The notes beneath the pieces are model-generated. The model saw nothing but the letters and a program-made list of their open reading frames with translations, made no database searches and was not told where the DNA came from. Positions 48,349-60,756 of a DNA stretch of 64,000 nt are shown here, in pieces. A program made the position numbers and the translations under genes. This DNA comes from Eledone cirrhosa (lineage: Eukaryota): assembly GCA_964016885.1 (NCBI GenBank), contig OZ024743.1, positions 149,978,001-150,042,000 of the forward strand, read 5' to 3'. Position 1 is the stretch's first letter, and every line of letters begins with the position of its first letter.

Positions 48349-48910
48349 TGTTTCTACTTTAGGCACAAGGCCAGCAATTACCCAGTACATTACTGGTACT
48401 TTATTTTATCAACCCCGTAAGGATGAAAGGCAAAGTTAACCTCGGCGGGATTTGAACTCAGACTGTAAAGGGACGTAACTATGCTAGAAAGCATGGCGTC
48501 CGACTCTCAACCGATACTGCCAATTCACCGCCCTATACTTTGCTTATACTAATAATGGTTTCTGATTTAGGCACAAGGCCAACAATTTTTGAGGAAGTGA
48601 AAGTCGATTAAATCGACCCCAGTGTGTGTCTGGTACTTTATTTTATCAACCCCGTAAGGATGAAAGGCAAAGCTAACCTTGGCAGGATCTGAACTCAGAA
48701 CGTAAAGGACCATAACTCTATGCTGCAAAGCATAAATTTGTAGGAGAGATATATAGTCAATTCAGTCAGCTATAGAACTTGAGTGATATCATTTTCTCAA
48801 CCTGGGAAGGATACAAGTTAAAACCAATTCTAGCAGACTTTGCACCCAGAATGTAAAAAGTGTATACCTAAATTATTTAGTCAAGTGGTATGCCAAATAT
48901 GTTGTTCACC
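48349..48910 (-). mobile_element. Stack of three family A SINEs of increasing divergence (48349-48533, 48557-48733, about 48740-48910)
   Basis: The first copy is flanked by an imperfect ~21-bp duplication (TACTATTGCTAATACTAATAAT / TACTTTGCTTATACTAATAAT). Confidence 0.85.
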
Positions 48911-49591
48911 ACATAAAAACAGTCATGATTTCTAACCTTTGCATAAGACCACAAATTAGAATAGAAGAATGTGTAGTCAATTGTAACCAACCTCCCAAAT
49001 ATATTGTAAGACAGTCTCACCCTATAACATTATATTATAAAATATAAACTATGCTACAACAGTTCCAAATCTTGTATGACATTTTTTTTACCATGTTTCT
49101 GTTTATAAGTCATACTTGCATTGCTTAATTGATGAAATAGCAAGAAGTACATGGCTTATTCCAAATATTTAAGACACTAACACATACAATACTGCCTAGT
49201 ATGTGAGCTAACTAATATAGTCAAAACATTGTCTGAAAATATAGTCTATACCAAGTAACTTTGGAGTGAAAAGCCCTGTTATCAACATGGGGAAAATATC
49301 TTGAAAAAGAGATGAGGGGGTCTATTACAGAGCAATGAGAGGAGACTCTAAATGGTTGCTCAGTCTGTTAGAAATAGACATCAAATCTCTCTCTAATCAC
49401 ACTCGACTCTTTTATAATAGTAAGGATACATTAGAATTAGAAAATGTAAAAATTGATACACTCCAGCTGAAGAAAAGATGGGATAGTTGTGGCTTGAATG
49501 CCTTTGATCATAAGTCTGCCAACATGTAGCTAAGCAATAACACAAAGAAGATGAAAGTATTCAGCAGAACATTTTTTTATGTATATGAACC

Positions 49592-49664
49592 AAATAAAGA
49601 TGATAAATAAAGATGATAAATAAAGATGATAAATAAAGATGAGAAATAAAGATGAGAAATAAAG
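49592..49664. repeat. 13-bp minisatellite (AAATAAAGATGAK) x about 5.6
   Basis: Read directly. Confidence 0.95.
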
Positions 49665-49955
49665 TCATGAAAACGTTTCCGTTTTTAAATAGTCTCTGTA
49701 AAAGACTACTTTCAGGAAAAGTTGTCATTAAAAATTAGCATCTTAAGAATATAATATTGTTGTTGAAGTAGTCACTGACAGATTTGCTGAAACAGACCTA
49801 TGACATGGGGGTAACTAATATTCAAGGGTCCCTAAATGTCTTCTATGTGGTTATGTCCTCTGAGACCAAGCTTAACTTTGCCTTTCATAATAATGGGTTG
49901 AGAAGATAAAGTACCAGTCCTAGGTTGTAAAATGGTGAAATTGTTAGAGCATCAG

Positions 49956-50005
49956 ATGTGATACTTTGTAGTATTTGTTATAACAAATACTACAAAGTAT
50001 CACAT
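49956..50005. repeat. Perfect 50-bp palindrome inside a decayed SINE head
   Basis: ATGTGATACTTTGTAGTATTTGTTA|TAACAAATACTACAAAGTATCACAT, flanked by A-box-like GGTGAAATTGTTAGAGC and B-box-like TTCTGACTTCAAA. Confidence 0.96.
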
Positions 50006-50037
50006 TTGCATTCTGACTTCAAACTTGTTGTATGTGG

Positions 50038-50193
50038 GTAGCAGACTAAATCTATCACCTCATTTGATGCCACCACCTGACCTTTAGAGGCCTTTAGCAG
50101 ATTCCACTCATGCTTTCCAAGGTGGCAGATTTAATCTATCACCCCATTTGATGCCACCATCTGGTCCTTAGGGACCATTAGCAGAGTCCAGTC
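50038..50193. repeat. Diverged direct repeat, two units with a period of about 83 bp
   Basis: GT.GCAGA.T.AATCTATCACC.CATTTGATGCCACCA.CTG..C.TTAG.G.CC.TTAGCAGA.TCCA.TC occurs twice. Confidence 0.85.
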
Positions 50194-51217
50194 TGTTTCA
50201 AGCATTCCAACCAGTTTTCTGGTTTGAAGATACCTTCTACCTCGTTTCAGGCTCATCTGTTTTGCCATCTTCTCTGAAGATTATAGTAATTGCTAGAGCA
50301 GTGGCAGAAAAACAACAGAGCACATCTTGCTTGTTTAAATAGTTCATATGAGAACCACATATGACCATCAAAGATAACAGACTAAATTGGATTATTCAAT
50401 AATTTAAATTGAGAAGCTATACTTGTTTAAATGCTCATCTTATAATTTATGTCATATGTATATCATTTAAATCCACTTGTTACTAACAAGCACTATTTCT
50501 GAAATTCCCCCTCCAATCTTATGGTGAAAACTTGCAAAGCGTTTTTCCACTGTGAAAATTGTATTAAAGTAGACTAAATATTCTATCAGGTTACATTTGG
50601 TGCCATGATAAATACCAGTAATAAACATGAATCAACTTAATTGATCATAGAGCCTACAACTGCCATCTCCACCAAAAATACAAAGGAGCTTTGTACGAAA
50701 GAAAGAAAGTACTGTTTTTTTTTTATTGGGTTATAAAAAAAAAATATTTTCCACCTATTCAATTATATAATTTCAAAAAATGTTAATAATTATTCTTAGG
50801 AATTTCTTGAATTTAAATTTTGCTTTCTTAAATATGAATAATTATTGCTTAAGACACAATAGGTACAATTGCTTTGAGAATTGGTTAGAACTATTTTAAT
50901 TCTAATGCATGTCATTTCTCAAGTGTAAACTGCTTATTGTTAACTTTTTGTGAAGCTGACAATTTTTTCATTGAATTTTTAGTGTGATATAAGTATTAAG
51001 TTGATTCCCATTCTTTTATTTTTTCCTTGCCATCTTTTATATGGGGAAAATTTCTATGAAATATTATTTAAATGAGCAGAAATACAAAGTTTAACAATGC
51101 ATTAGCAGTCTCAGCTCCTGAAATGATTTTAGTTGTTGTTTTAAGATAAGCAAGGCTTAACATACTTCACCACTACTACACACACCATTAGTATTATCAC
51201 TGCTGCTACTGCTACTG

Positions 51218-51260
<43 letters not shown>

Positions 51261-52134
51261 CACTACTAAAAGGATTACCAAAAATATATTGCTGGTGGCA
51301 AAAGGAAGTTGCTTGATCAACTCAGTCATCCCTCTGCTTTGCATATTGTCACAGCAGCAGCCGCAGGCAAAATAGCCTGTCAGGAATGCTGCCTGGTGTG
51401 TGCTAGTTCATGCAGTTGCTGGTGCATTGTTATGTGCACTCTGATGCAGCCATCACTTCACTACACAACATGTGGGCATCATTTGGGGAGGAGTAGAAGA
51501 AACTTCATTCAGAATGTACACTACTTTTCACTAAATTTTTTCCTTTCCTTACAGTAAATTTTTTCCCCTTCCCCTTTTTCACAACATAAACGCATTTTTA
51601 ACGCTTTAGGCAAATTTTGAAAATATGCTGAAAAATTTGAGGAAATGAAAAGATTTTTAGAGTGTGGGTTGTTATTTTTTAAAGTATATTTTTCTTTTCT
51701 GTTTATTTTATTTTATATTTTGTATATGTGTATGTCTGGGTGTATGCAGATTCTTGTTTTATTAATTTATCTATTTGATTATTTTTCTTTTGTTTAGATT
51801 ATTTGAAAAGTTTAGTGATATCCCTTTAACAAGGGATTTGTATGGGGAGGGAGGTAATATAAACAATTGCTACTGTTGTAAAAATGTTCAGTTTAAAGCT
51901 GTTTGAAATGAAGCTGATGATGATAATGATGTTAGTGGTAGTGATAATGTTGGTAGTAATAATACTTTTCAACAACTCTGCCTCTTATTGATTGAAATTC
52001 ATTGATGTTATTCCATCTTAGCTTCAGTTTTCATTCTGATACTAAGAGGTGGGGCTGTCAATGTGTAGTGTGTCAAAGTGTGGAATATATTCAAATGTTT
52101 ATTGCTTAAGTAGTATTATATTTATTAAGGTAAT

Positions 52135-52196
<62 letters not shown>

Positions 52197-52519
52197 GTAC
52201 ACACACATACACACCTTATTATTCAGAAAAAATAGATGTTAAATAATGAAGATGATAAAGATGATGTGTGTATATTATATATATATATATATATTGCATC
52301 TTTATGTTCACCTTGTTATTCTTAAACTATAATATATATATATCATTTTGGCATCCCCCTTTGTATGCTGTCACAATTTGGATGGTATGTATTGAGACAA
52401 TGTTTTACTGCTGAATGCCTTTCTTGATGTCAACCTTTTTAGTTGACTCTTACAACACTCAGGGATACAGTAGACCTATTCTAAAACCGGGATGAACACA
52501 GGGTCATCAGTGGAGACTA

Positions 52520-52569
52520 TTTTCTCTGATGATTCTGTGAATACACAGGTGAAATTCAAAGTAACAGGG
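52520..52569 (+). ncRNA. Minimal type I hammerhead motif; core boxes intact, stems partly decayed
   Basis: CTGATGA at 52526-52532; stem II TCTGTG-AATA-CACAGG; GAAA at 52551-52554; short stem III; GUA triplet ending at 52563. Stem I is weak (one mismatch plus G.U pairs). AATAAA at 52586. Confidence 0.6.
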
Positions 52570-52829
52570 TTCTGACTTTGACCTCAATAAAAATCATTAC
52601 TCATCCTCATGATTGTCAATATATAAACACTCCATACACACACACATACATATATATATAATGTTGAGCAATGACACAAGTAAGACAAGGTTTATTACTT
52701 AATTAATCCATTGTTTTATGAGCTTTGCAGAAGGCAAACTTAAAAGACTCTACATTGAGTTCTAATATGGTTATGAGCCCTACTTTAATTGGGTAGAACA
52801 TTAATGAGTGTATATATACACATGTATAT

Positions 52830-52869
<40 letters not shown>

Positions 52870-53131
52870 TTATAGGTAGTGTTGTATGATTCCACAGAAT
52901 AGATAAAAGAAACAGAGCACTCTATGCAATATACAGAGCTGGAATATTATAGTAGAGCTGTGTTCAACACGTATTTGTTGCTACCATTGGTTTGCAATCC
53001 TGCATTTGGTTTAGTTTGTGTGTTTGCACCTCCTTGTGTGAGACTGAATATTTGCCTACTCGCTTGAGTGAAGATCTCATATGAGGAAGTGTAAATGCAC
53101 AATCTAAACCAATATATATATATACATGTGT

Positions 53132-53180
53132 CTTGTCTGATGATCCTGTGAATGCACAGATGTAACTCCAGAGTAACAAG
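53132..53180 (+). ncRNA. Decayed hammerhead motif, same family as 52520-52569
   Basis: Stem I CTTGT/ACAAG; CTGATGA at 53137-53143; stem II CTGTG-AATG-CACAG; GTAA in place of GAAA; stem III ACTC-CA-GAGT; GUA triplet; AATAAA at 53193. Confidence 0.6.
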
Positions 53181-53932
53181 GCTCTCATACTCAATAAATA
53201 TATATATATATCTTATTTAGTGTCCATTTTCCATGTATATATGTACATATTTATAAATTTCTAACTCTCAAGCCCTTTATCTATCTAGCTTTCTCTCTCT
53301 TATTTTCTGTTCATTTCCACCTTCATTTTTTTATGTAGCCAACTAAATATCTTTCTATCATATGTCTATATGTATGTACTTATGTATGTACACTAGTGAG
53401 AAAGATAGATGGTTAGAGAGAGGAAGAAAGAGAGTGAAAGATGAATAAATAGAAAAGCAGCTAAAAGTCTGTGTTCATCTTTTTGTTTGTATTTTTATCT
53501 CACATGTTCTTATTTAGGTCCAGATGATGGATTTATGATGAAAATGTCTATTTCACCCAATTCAATATTGCTGTCACAATGTCAGTTTTCATGGCAATCA
53601 TTATATGAAATTAATTTCTATTCTATTTCTTTCATTAAATTATTTAAGAATAATTTCATTCAAATTCCAAGGCATTTCATAAATTGGTAAAAAGTGTATT
53701 ATGAAGGTGGATTTCTGACAGGTTTTAAGATCTGTATCATCTAGATTTTACTTAATTTCCTAGTCGTTTTTATCACTCCAGTCTATGAGGCTTAACCCAC
53801 TACTTGTATAGTTCTTTACTTATGGATCATAATCATCAATTTTCTATACTATTGTTGGTTGTACTAGTCCAGGAAATCCTACACCATCCCTTGTATGAGA
53901 CCCTATCTTAAAATATAAGATCTACATACTTA

Positions 53933-54750
53933 CTGTAGTTACTTGTCTATAAGCCAAGAAATATATGACAAAAACATCAATGGTAGAATTGAGGTCAATA
54001 TTTTGCTGATTTTTACCAGCTTCAAAATTCATAAATGAGGTGCTAAAATATTTTTGTTTTAGGGGTGTATATTACACCAGTTTTACTTTGAATATGAAAT
54101 TAGTATTTCTTATTATTTTTGAACGAATATGGCCTTCGAAATGGTCAGAAATTGGTAAAAGAATCATTATGTAATGGAGTTGTGAAACAAAAACTGTACT
54201 CTAAATGACACTTAAAACCATTTTAATATCAAAATATTAAAATTTCATAAATATATTCTCCTGTCATGAGAATTTCATAACTGTTCCATCTAAACATAAT
54301 GTGTTGATGACCTTCCTCAGCTTATAAACGGGTTTTGGTCTTTTGTCTATTTCTCAGACATAAAATAGGGGTCGACATATATTCAGATTGGCTTATCATC
54401 ATTTCATTTTACGTCCGCTTTTTCCCTGCTTGCAAGGGTGGGATGGAAACTGATGCTGGCTTGATTTCTACAGCTGGATGCCCTTCCTAACCAACCTCAT
54501 TTACAGTGAGTGCTGGGTGCTTTTTTGCCGTGGCACCTCCACGACCACTTTGCAGTGGAATGATATGGACCCCAGTCCCTATCATCTCATTTCTACAGCT
54601 GAGTAAACTGGAGCAATGTGAAATAAAGTGTCTTGCTCAAGGAAACAACACATCACCCAGTCTGAGAATTGAACTCACAACCTTTCGATTGCAAGGCCAA
54701 TGCTCTAACCACTAAGCCATGTACCTCCACTTATATTCGATTATATACAG
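53933..54750. mobile_element. pogo/Tc1-mariner-type MITE whose right TIR is interrupted by a SINE
   Basis: Left end TA|CTGTAGTTACTTGTCTATAAGCCAA. After removing the SINE, the reverse complement of the right end reads TA|CTGTATATAATCGAATATAAGCCAA (19/25 match). Confidence 0.65.
54397..54729 (-). mobile_element. Full-length tRNA-derived CORE-like SINE, family B (~330 bp)
   Basis: Minus strand: A-box TGGCTTAGTGG, B-box GAGTTCAATTC, CORE-like TCCTTGAGCAAGACACTTTA...CAGTTTACTCAGCTGTAGAAATG, (ATG)n tail. TSD CTTAT at 54392 and 54730. Confidence 0.9.
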
Positions 54751-57420
54751 TAGTCTACCTTGATTAAATATATTTGACAGTCTCTTCTTGTGCTTTTCAA
54801 TCAACAAATGAAAGAAAATAATACACTCTGCTTTTCACCCTTCATAAATTATTTATGATTGGTGGTAGTGGTGGTGCTGGTGGTGCTGGCTGCAGCAGCA
54901 GCTGCAGTAATAGTAGTAGTAGTAGCAGTAATAACAGTAGTAGTACAGGTAAATATATGGCTAAAAGCTACTTTTTGTTCTTTCTAAGTACTTACTAGAC
55001 AATTTATATGATTTTTTCAAAAATTTCTTTCCATATTTGATATCACATTTGTAATGAAATGCATAGGTATATCAATTAATTAATGGGAAATTTTGAGGGA
55101 TTTGCTAAAACTATTAGTTATGTCATTATACAGAATTGTAACAACTTTAAAATGGTTGGTTTCGTTTCATAGAACCAGAGACAGTTTTGGCCAGGTTATC
55201 AAAAATTTAAAGTCAAGTTACATGTTTTGCACAAGCAATGGATACTTCACTTTTCATAGTATTTTCACAGAAATTGCAAATACTTTCCTCGTAAAAAGAG
55301 AAAACAAAAAAGAAATTCCAAACCAATACTTTGTTTTCTTTCACTAATCATGCTCCAGTTTTAACAAAATTTGAACTTGCACTTATTTGCATCCTGTACA
55401 TTTTCTGTCTATCTTCAGGGAAATGAATAATTATCACTTGCTTTTCCGTTTACTAGAATTTCCAATTAGTATTCAGCTGTCACACTTATTTAATTCCATC
55501 ATTGCTGTTAGCCTTAATAATAATAAGGTCCCTAAAGACCATTCATTTTGATTCCCACTTTTTTCTTTCCTTGTGTTTTAATGACATTTAGATTGTCTCA
55601 AATTATAGGACTTCATTGTCTGTTAGTCAAACTAACAGTAGATTGATATGGATTAGGAATCATCACCATCATCACTGTTTTTAATACCTGGAAAGGATTA
55701 GATAAGTTTTTATATCAGCAAGTTTAAGTTCTGCATTATCTACTACAGCTACAGATTGACCAATATCTTGTCAGTGAAATTAGCTGATGGAAACTGTACA
55801 GAAACCCTTCCTTTTTTATGCAACCTAAATAATTTATAGCTCTATATTTACTATAAAGGCCATCAAAGATTGTATTTCCTAATATACATAGGGAGTGTAA
55901 AGGTTTGAGTTGTATTGTTCACAAGTAGAATGTAGATTTGTGGATATGTTTTCTTGGCATGTACTGTGACTTACTTATTGCTGATGTATGATCTAGGTTG
56001 TCATGTATCTGTTGCTCATTGATGTGGCAAAATGTGTTTAGGTTGTATGTGGATGTCAATTATGTACAGTGTTAATGAGGGCTGAAAGGTGGTATGATGA
56101 TGTAGAAGTAACACCATATTGATCACATGTCAATGGTAACACAAGAAACAGAAGGCAAATCTCCAATGGACCGGGTTGATGGAGCTGGACTCAAGGTTGT
56201 AAAGTGGGTCATTGTTTACAATTGCCTCTATCCTTTCTGAGAAATTGAAAGTGAAAATAATAGGATGGCTTTTAACAGTATCTGAAAGATTGCCCTTTTC
56301 AAATGTAAAACATTGCTGTGGTTGTTAGTCTGAATATCTTTAATTCAATTTTGTTACCAATTAAACTAATCCTAATATTTCCTCTCTCTGTCTTGTCAAT
56401 TGTATATTATCTCTTCTATGTATATTATAAATCTTACTTGAATTTCATTCAAACTTAGTTTATATTTAGCTGTAGTTTAAATAACATGTTAATTCATACT
56501 GTAATAAAACTATTTCAGATTCTTAGACTATGCCTAATTTTAACCAGACAATAGCCAGTGCAATAATCAATTATGCTCCAACATAGTCCTTGAGGTTAAT
56601 ACCAAGTATTTCATGACTTGTATAACTTTCATTATAGAATGATCTAGAAGCTGTAATAGAACTTTAAGTGGTGAATAATATATAAAATTACTGGAATTTT
56701 AAGATAGCCAAAGTTCTAGTAGATAGTAAATCATCATAGCTCAAAGTATCACACACACACGTATCTGTTTGTCACACAGATACATAAGTTGCAACTCAAT
56801 TTTACATACAATATTTGGGGGTTGTAGGTTCAATCAGTAAGTGTTTTTTACATCATATATTTGTGGGAAAACAGGTGCAACCTAAACACAAATGTATATG
56901 CCAGTTTTAGTTCATGATCAAGAATTGGATATTCAATAAAAATCAATATTGTATAGTTATGAAGATCAATGAGGAAAAAGTTGTTCAGACCTTTTGGTGC
57001 ACCAATGAGCTCCAAGGACCAAAGATCTTAGACTGTTTAGACAGCTCTGTGGATGTAGTGTTTGCTTAAGTAAACTATGTAATACAATAGATAAACTTAT
57101 AATAGCTTTAATAGCTTGAATTTAAGGTAGTTGGGAGATATTTATGTAAATGTTCTTTCTATTGAAAACAAAAGATGTTAAAAGCGCTAATTTACATGGC
57201 AAAATAGGCAGCAAATGTAAAGAGCCGGCAGTAATTAGAGTGAAGTAAGTTAACTATAACCACTTAAATGAGCAATGTCTATTTTAAAAAACTAAGTCAA
57301 ATACTATAAACAGCATGTGAATATTCCATTGCTCTGGAATATACATATGACAAAATGAGGTGTCCTGGATAGAAAAAGTGCTAATAGTTTAGGTTTTAAA
57401 CTGCATATAGAGATAGGTCA

Positions 57421-57519
57421 TATCCCACCGAGGTTAACTTTGCCTTTCATCCTTATGGGGTCGATTAAATAAAGTACCAGTAATACACTGGGATAATTGC
57501 TGGCCTTGTGCAGAAACAA
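57421..57519 (+). mobile_element. 5'-truncated family A SINE
   Basis: GAGGTTAACTTTGCCTTTCATCCTTATGGGGTCGAT...GCTGGCCTTGTGC. Confidence 0.85.
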
Positions 57520-60500
57520 TTATTATTTTACATCCACTTTTACACGCTTACATAGGTTTTACTATTACAATCTCTTTCAATTACAACACTGTAAAGTATT
57601 AGGTAAGTCCCTAAAAACTTATGTTGCTCAAATGAGACGATGATGATTTTAAACATATGTAAAGGCAATGCATGACAAATTTATTCAACCCATTGAAAAA
57701 TAGTAATTAAAATAGTGACATTGGTAGCTAAAAGAAATCTCTATTACACATAAAGATTTCATTATTGTAGTTTGTGTGATGGATACTGAAGTGTGGTGAT
57801 AATTTCACAGTAAATATAGTCAGTGACCTAGTTTCAGTTCCTCTTTACTACAATTTCAGAAATATCACTAATGTAATTGGGAAAGGAATAAATACTGCAG
57901 CTTCTCATAACCCTTCTAAAAATATCCAACTTCATGCCTGAGTAAGAAACCATTATATTATAATAATATTTCTATATTTCTACACATTCTTATAACTATA
58001 TTCAGATTTAAAATGATTTAAAATCATTTTTAGAGAATTCTTGTGTTATTTTGTTTTGTGATTTGTTCTTCCTTTTAAGGCATACTTTGAACAATACATC
58101 AATATATTGTTGTATTACATAAAAACCATTCTATTGCTGCTATAGTATGGCTATTGTAACCATACCAACAAGATTAGATCTGTGGCAGACTCATTGAGAA
58201 TGGCCTGTTTGTTGTAAAATTAGAAAAGCCATCTTTGAAAGAATAAAAAATAAAATATTTTTTTAATGTGTCCTAGATTTAATAAAATCAATATTTGATA
58301 AGAGTTGAGTTCCTATTGTATCTATCCTTTTTAGTGAAAATCAATATTCTTATCAGCCATGTATGTCACAATTGTTATTTCATATTGGGTCATAATTGAT
58401 AGGGTGTTGTTCCTTAGAAATCTTTTTAAAAATATAAATCACACGCGCGTGCACACACACACACACACACATATATATGGCTTAATCTTAACCTTTATCT
58501 TGACTATTAAATTTAATTCAGGCTCATTTGAGGAACCTTTTTGTATTAGGGGATCACATCTTAGAGAAAAGTTGATTATATTTTCTTCCTCAAAGACAAG
58601 AACCTTTTTGTTTTGTCAGTCCAGAATATTTTTACTATATTCACTGGGTTTCTGTTTTCATGACATAATCTGCTTTTAAATTATTCTTTGTATTTCAATG
58701 AGATTTTAAAAATTTCTTATTTGTTATTATTGTTTTTTTTTAAATTTATTATTGGCAGTTCTTTTAATATTTTTACAAAGTAATTTGTCTCATTGTTTTA
58801 AAGAATTTAATTATTATATATTCTTAAAACCTAGTTTCCAAATAGAATTATTCTATATGATTGAGAATTTAAGGAATACATAGTAGGGCCATCTTGCTAT
58901 ATTAGATACACAAAATATATTAGATACACAAAAATTTGGCTGTTTTGTCTCTACATTTTCGTGTATTCTAAAAGTGTAAATTCTAAAATATTTATAGGTA
59001 TTACTATTTTAGGGAAGGAATATAGCAAATTGAGATGCTTATTGATGATTCTTTTATGTTTTACAATTTCAGCTTAAATTTTATGATTTAAAATGGAAGT
59101 ATCCCATACACAAAATAATTAAGTTTACTTTCCTAATGCATTGTTATTGTTTATCTTGGTCAAAATGAAAAACTCATTCCTACATTGGTATGACATAAAA
59201 AAAGAATAGTGATCATCTCTTTATATCAGCATCCAATTGAGGATATCACTTATCAACAAAACTTGCTATTATCAGACAATAAAATAACTGAGTCGATTGG
59301 TTTGGATGAGATTGTTCATACTATTATAGAAAACTGGTGGCAAGCTAAGTCCCTGATTGAGTTTTAAATGATATGTTTGAAATAAAAATGTCTGTTTTTA
59401 GTTAGTTGAAGAAGAGTAGAGCCCCTACCCATGCGGTACCTCCTGGAGGTGATAAAAAATCATAATTCATAGTACAGTCCATCTGTCAGGCTTTTGCATA
59501 GTGTCTGTCTACCCAGTTTCACTCATAAGGTTGGAGTCTACCCAAGGCTATGATAGAAAATACTTACCTAACGTTTTATGTTGGAAGATTGAATCCAGAT
59601 CTACATGATTGCATAATAAAATAGTAAGGAAAATGCCATGATTGTGACAGTTTGTTTTACTATCTTATTTAAATTTCTAATACACTTTAGAAAGGCATGA
59701 ATGTGATAGCTTTGTTCACTACATTTATGTGATATTTGAGGTTAATATAAGACATTAACCAAGTTATTTTTACTTGGTATAGATCTGGATCAACTGATAG
59801 GAATTCCATAAAAATTCTGGATTGAATGTATAAATTCATTGCTTTTTACTATTACATTAAAAGTGAATTTACATTATAATCAAGACTAGAACTTAAATAC
59901 TCCTCTACAAATTCTAAGTCAGGTAATTTAATAAGGAACTATTTTTGTTTGGCATTTATTTTAGCATATGATACAGGGTTCTATCTAGTGTGTTCCATCA
60001 TATACATCAATTTAAGTTAAAATGCACCAATCAAATACTGCTTATGTTATTCCACAGCTGTATATATGCAGTGGTTTTAGTGTAGCACTATACAGACTCA
60101 ATTTATAGCAGAGTTGTTAACAACTAGGAGTGGTTAGCAATAAAGATGCATGATGAAGTATGGAGATAGTATTTTATTGCAGCAAAATATTCATAATTGA
60201 TTTTTCTTAAAAACCTACAAGGATTACTAGAAAATTCTACTATAACATTAGTGTTCGTTGCTTCTTGATCTTAGAAAACTGATATGTAATGTAATCATAA
60301 ACACTAATCTTAATGTTTTCTTCCAGGAATAAAATGCCAGGCTCGTAGCTTAAAGCAAATCAGTAGATATTAATGATTCTGTTGGTGGTTTTTTTGTGTA
60401 ACTTAATAATTTTGAAGATTTCAATGCTATGAATGTGACTAAATCATAGAAGAAGGATCTTGTATGAGATGTTTTAGTAAGATTGATTAAATGGCATATG

Positions 60501-60721
60501 TGCTAGGATGCTTGAGACACTTGACAAGTTCTATGACATAAGATTGATGTTATTTGTATCTCTTGGAATGTCATCTTATCATATTATGGTCATTATATAT
60601 ATAATTGTAATAGCTGATGTTTTAATGTTGTTGCAGTTAGGTCAAACCTAACTGCAATAAAAGAAATGTTATAGAGGAAGGATGTAGATTGATTAGTTTT
60701 ATTCCAGTATATATGTATATC

Positions 60722-60756
<35 letters not shown>

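Noticed and set aside
54650-54729. tRNA gene (A and B boxes); likewise the heads of family A and D copies
   Set aside because: The boxes continue into SINE core and tail sequence, with a target duplication and multiple copies; no convincing cloverleaf.
55390-55422. Minus-strand CTGAAGA...GAAA...GTA as a hammerhead
   Set aside because: Stem II would be a single pair and stem I does not pair; consistent with chance.
60300-60375. Strong acceptor CTAATCTTAATGTTTTCTTCCAG
   Set aside because: No nearby consensus donor and only short open frames; insufficient support for an exon.
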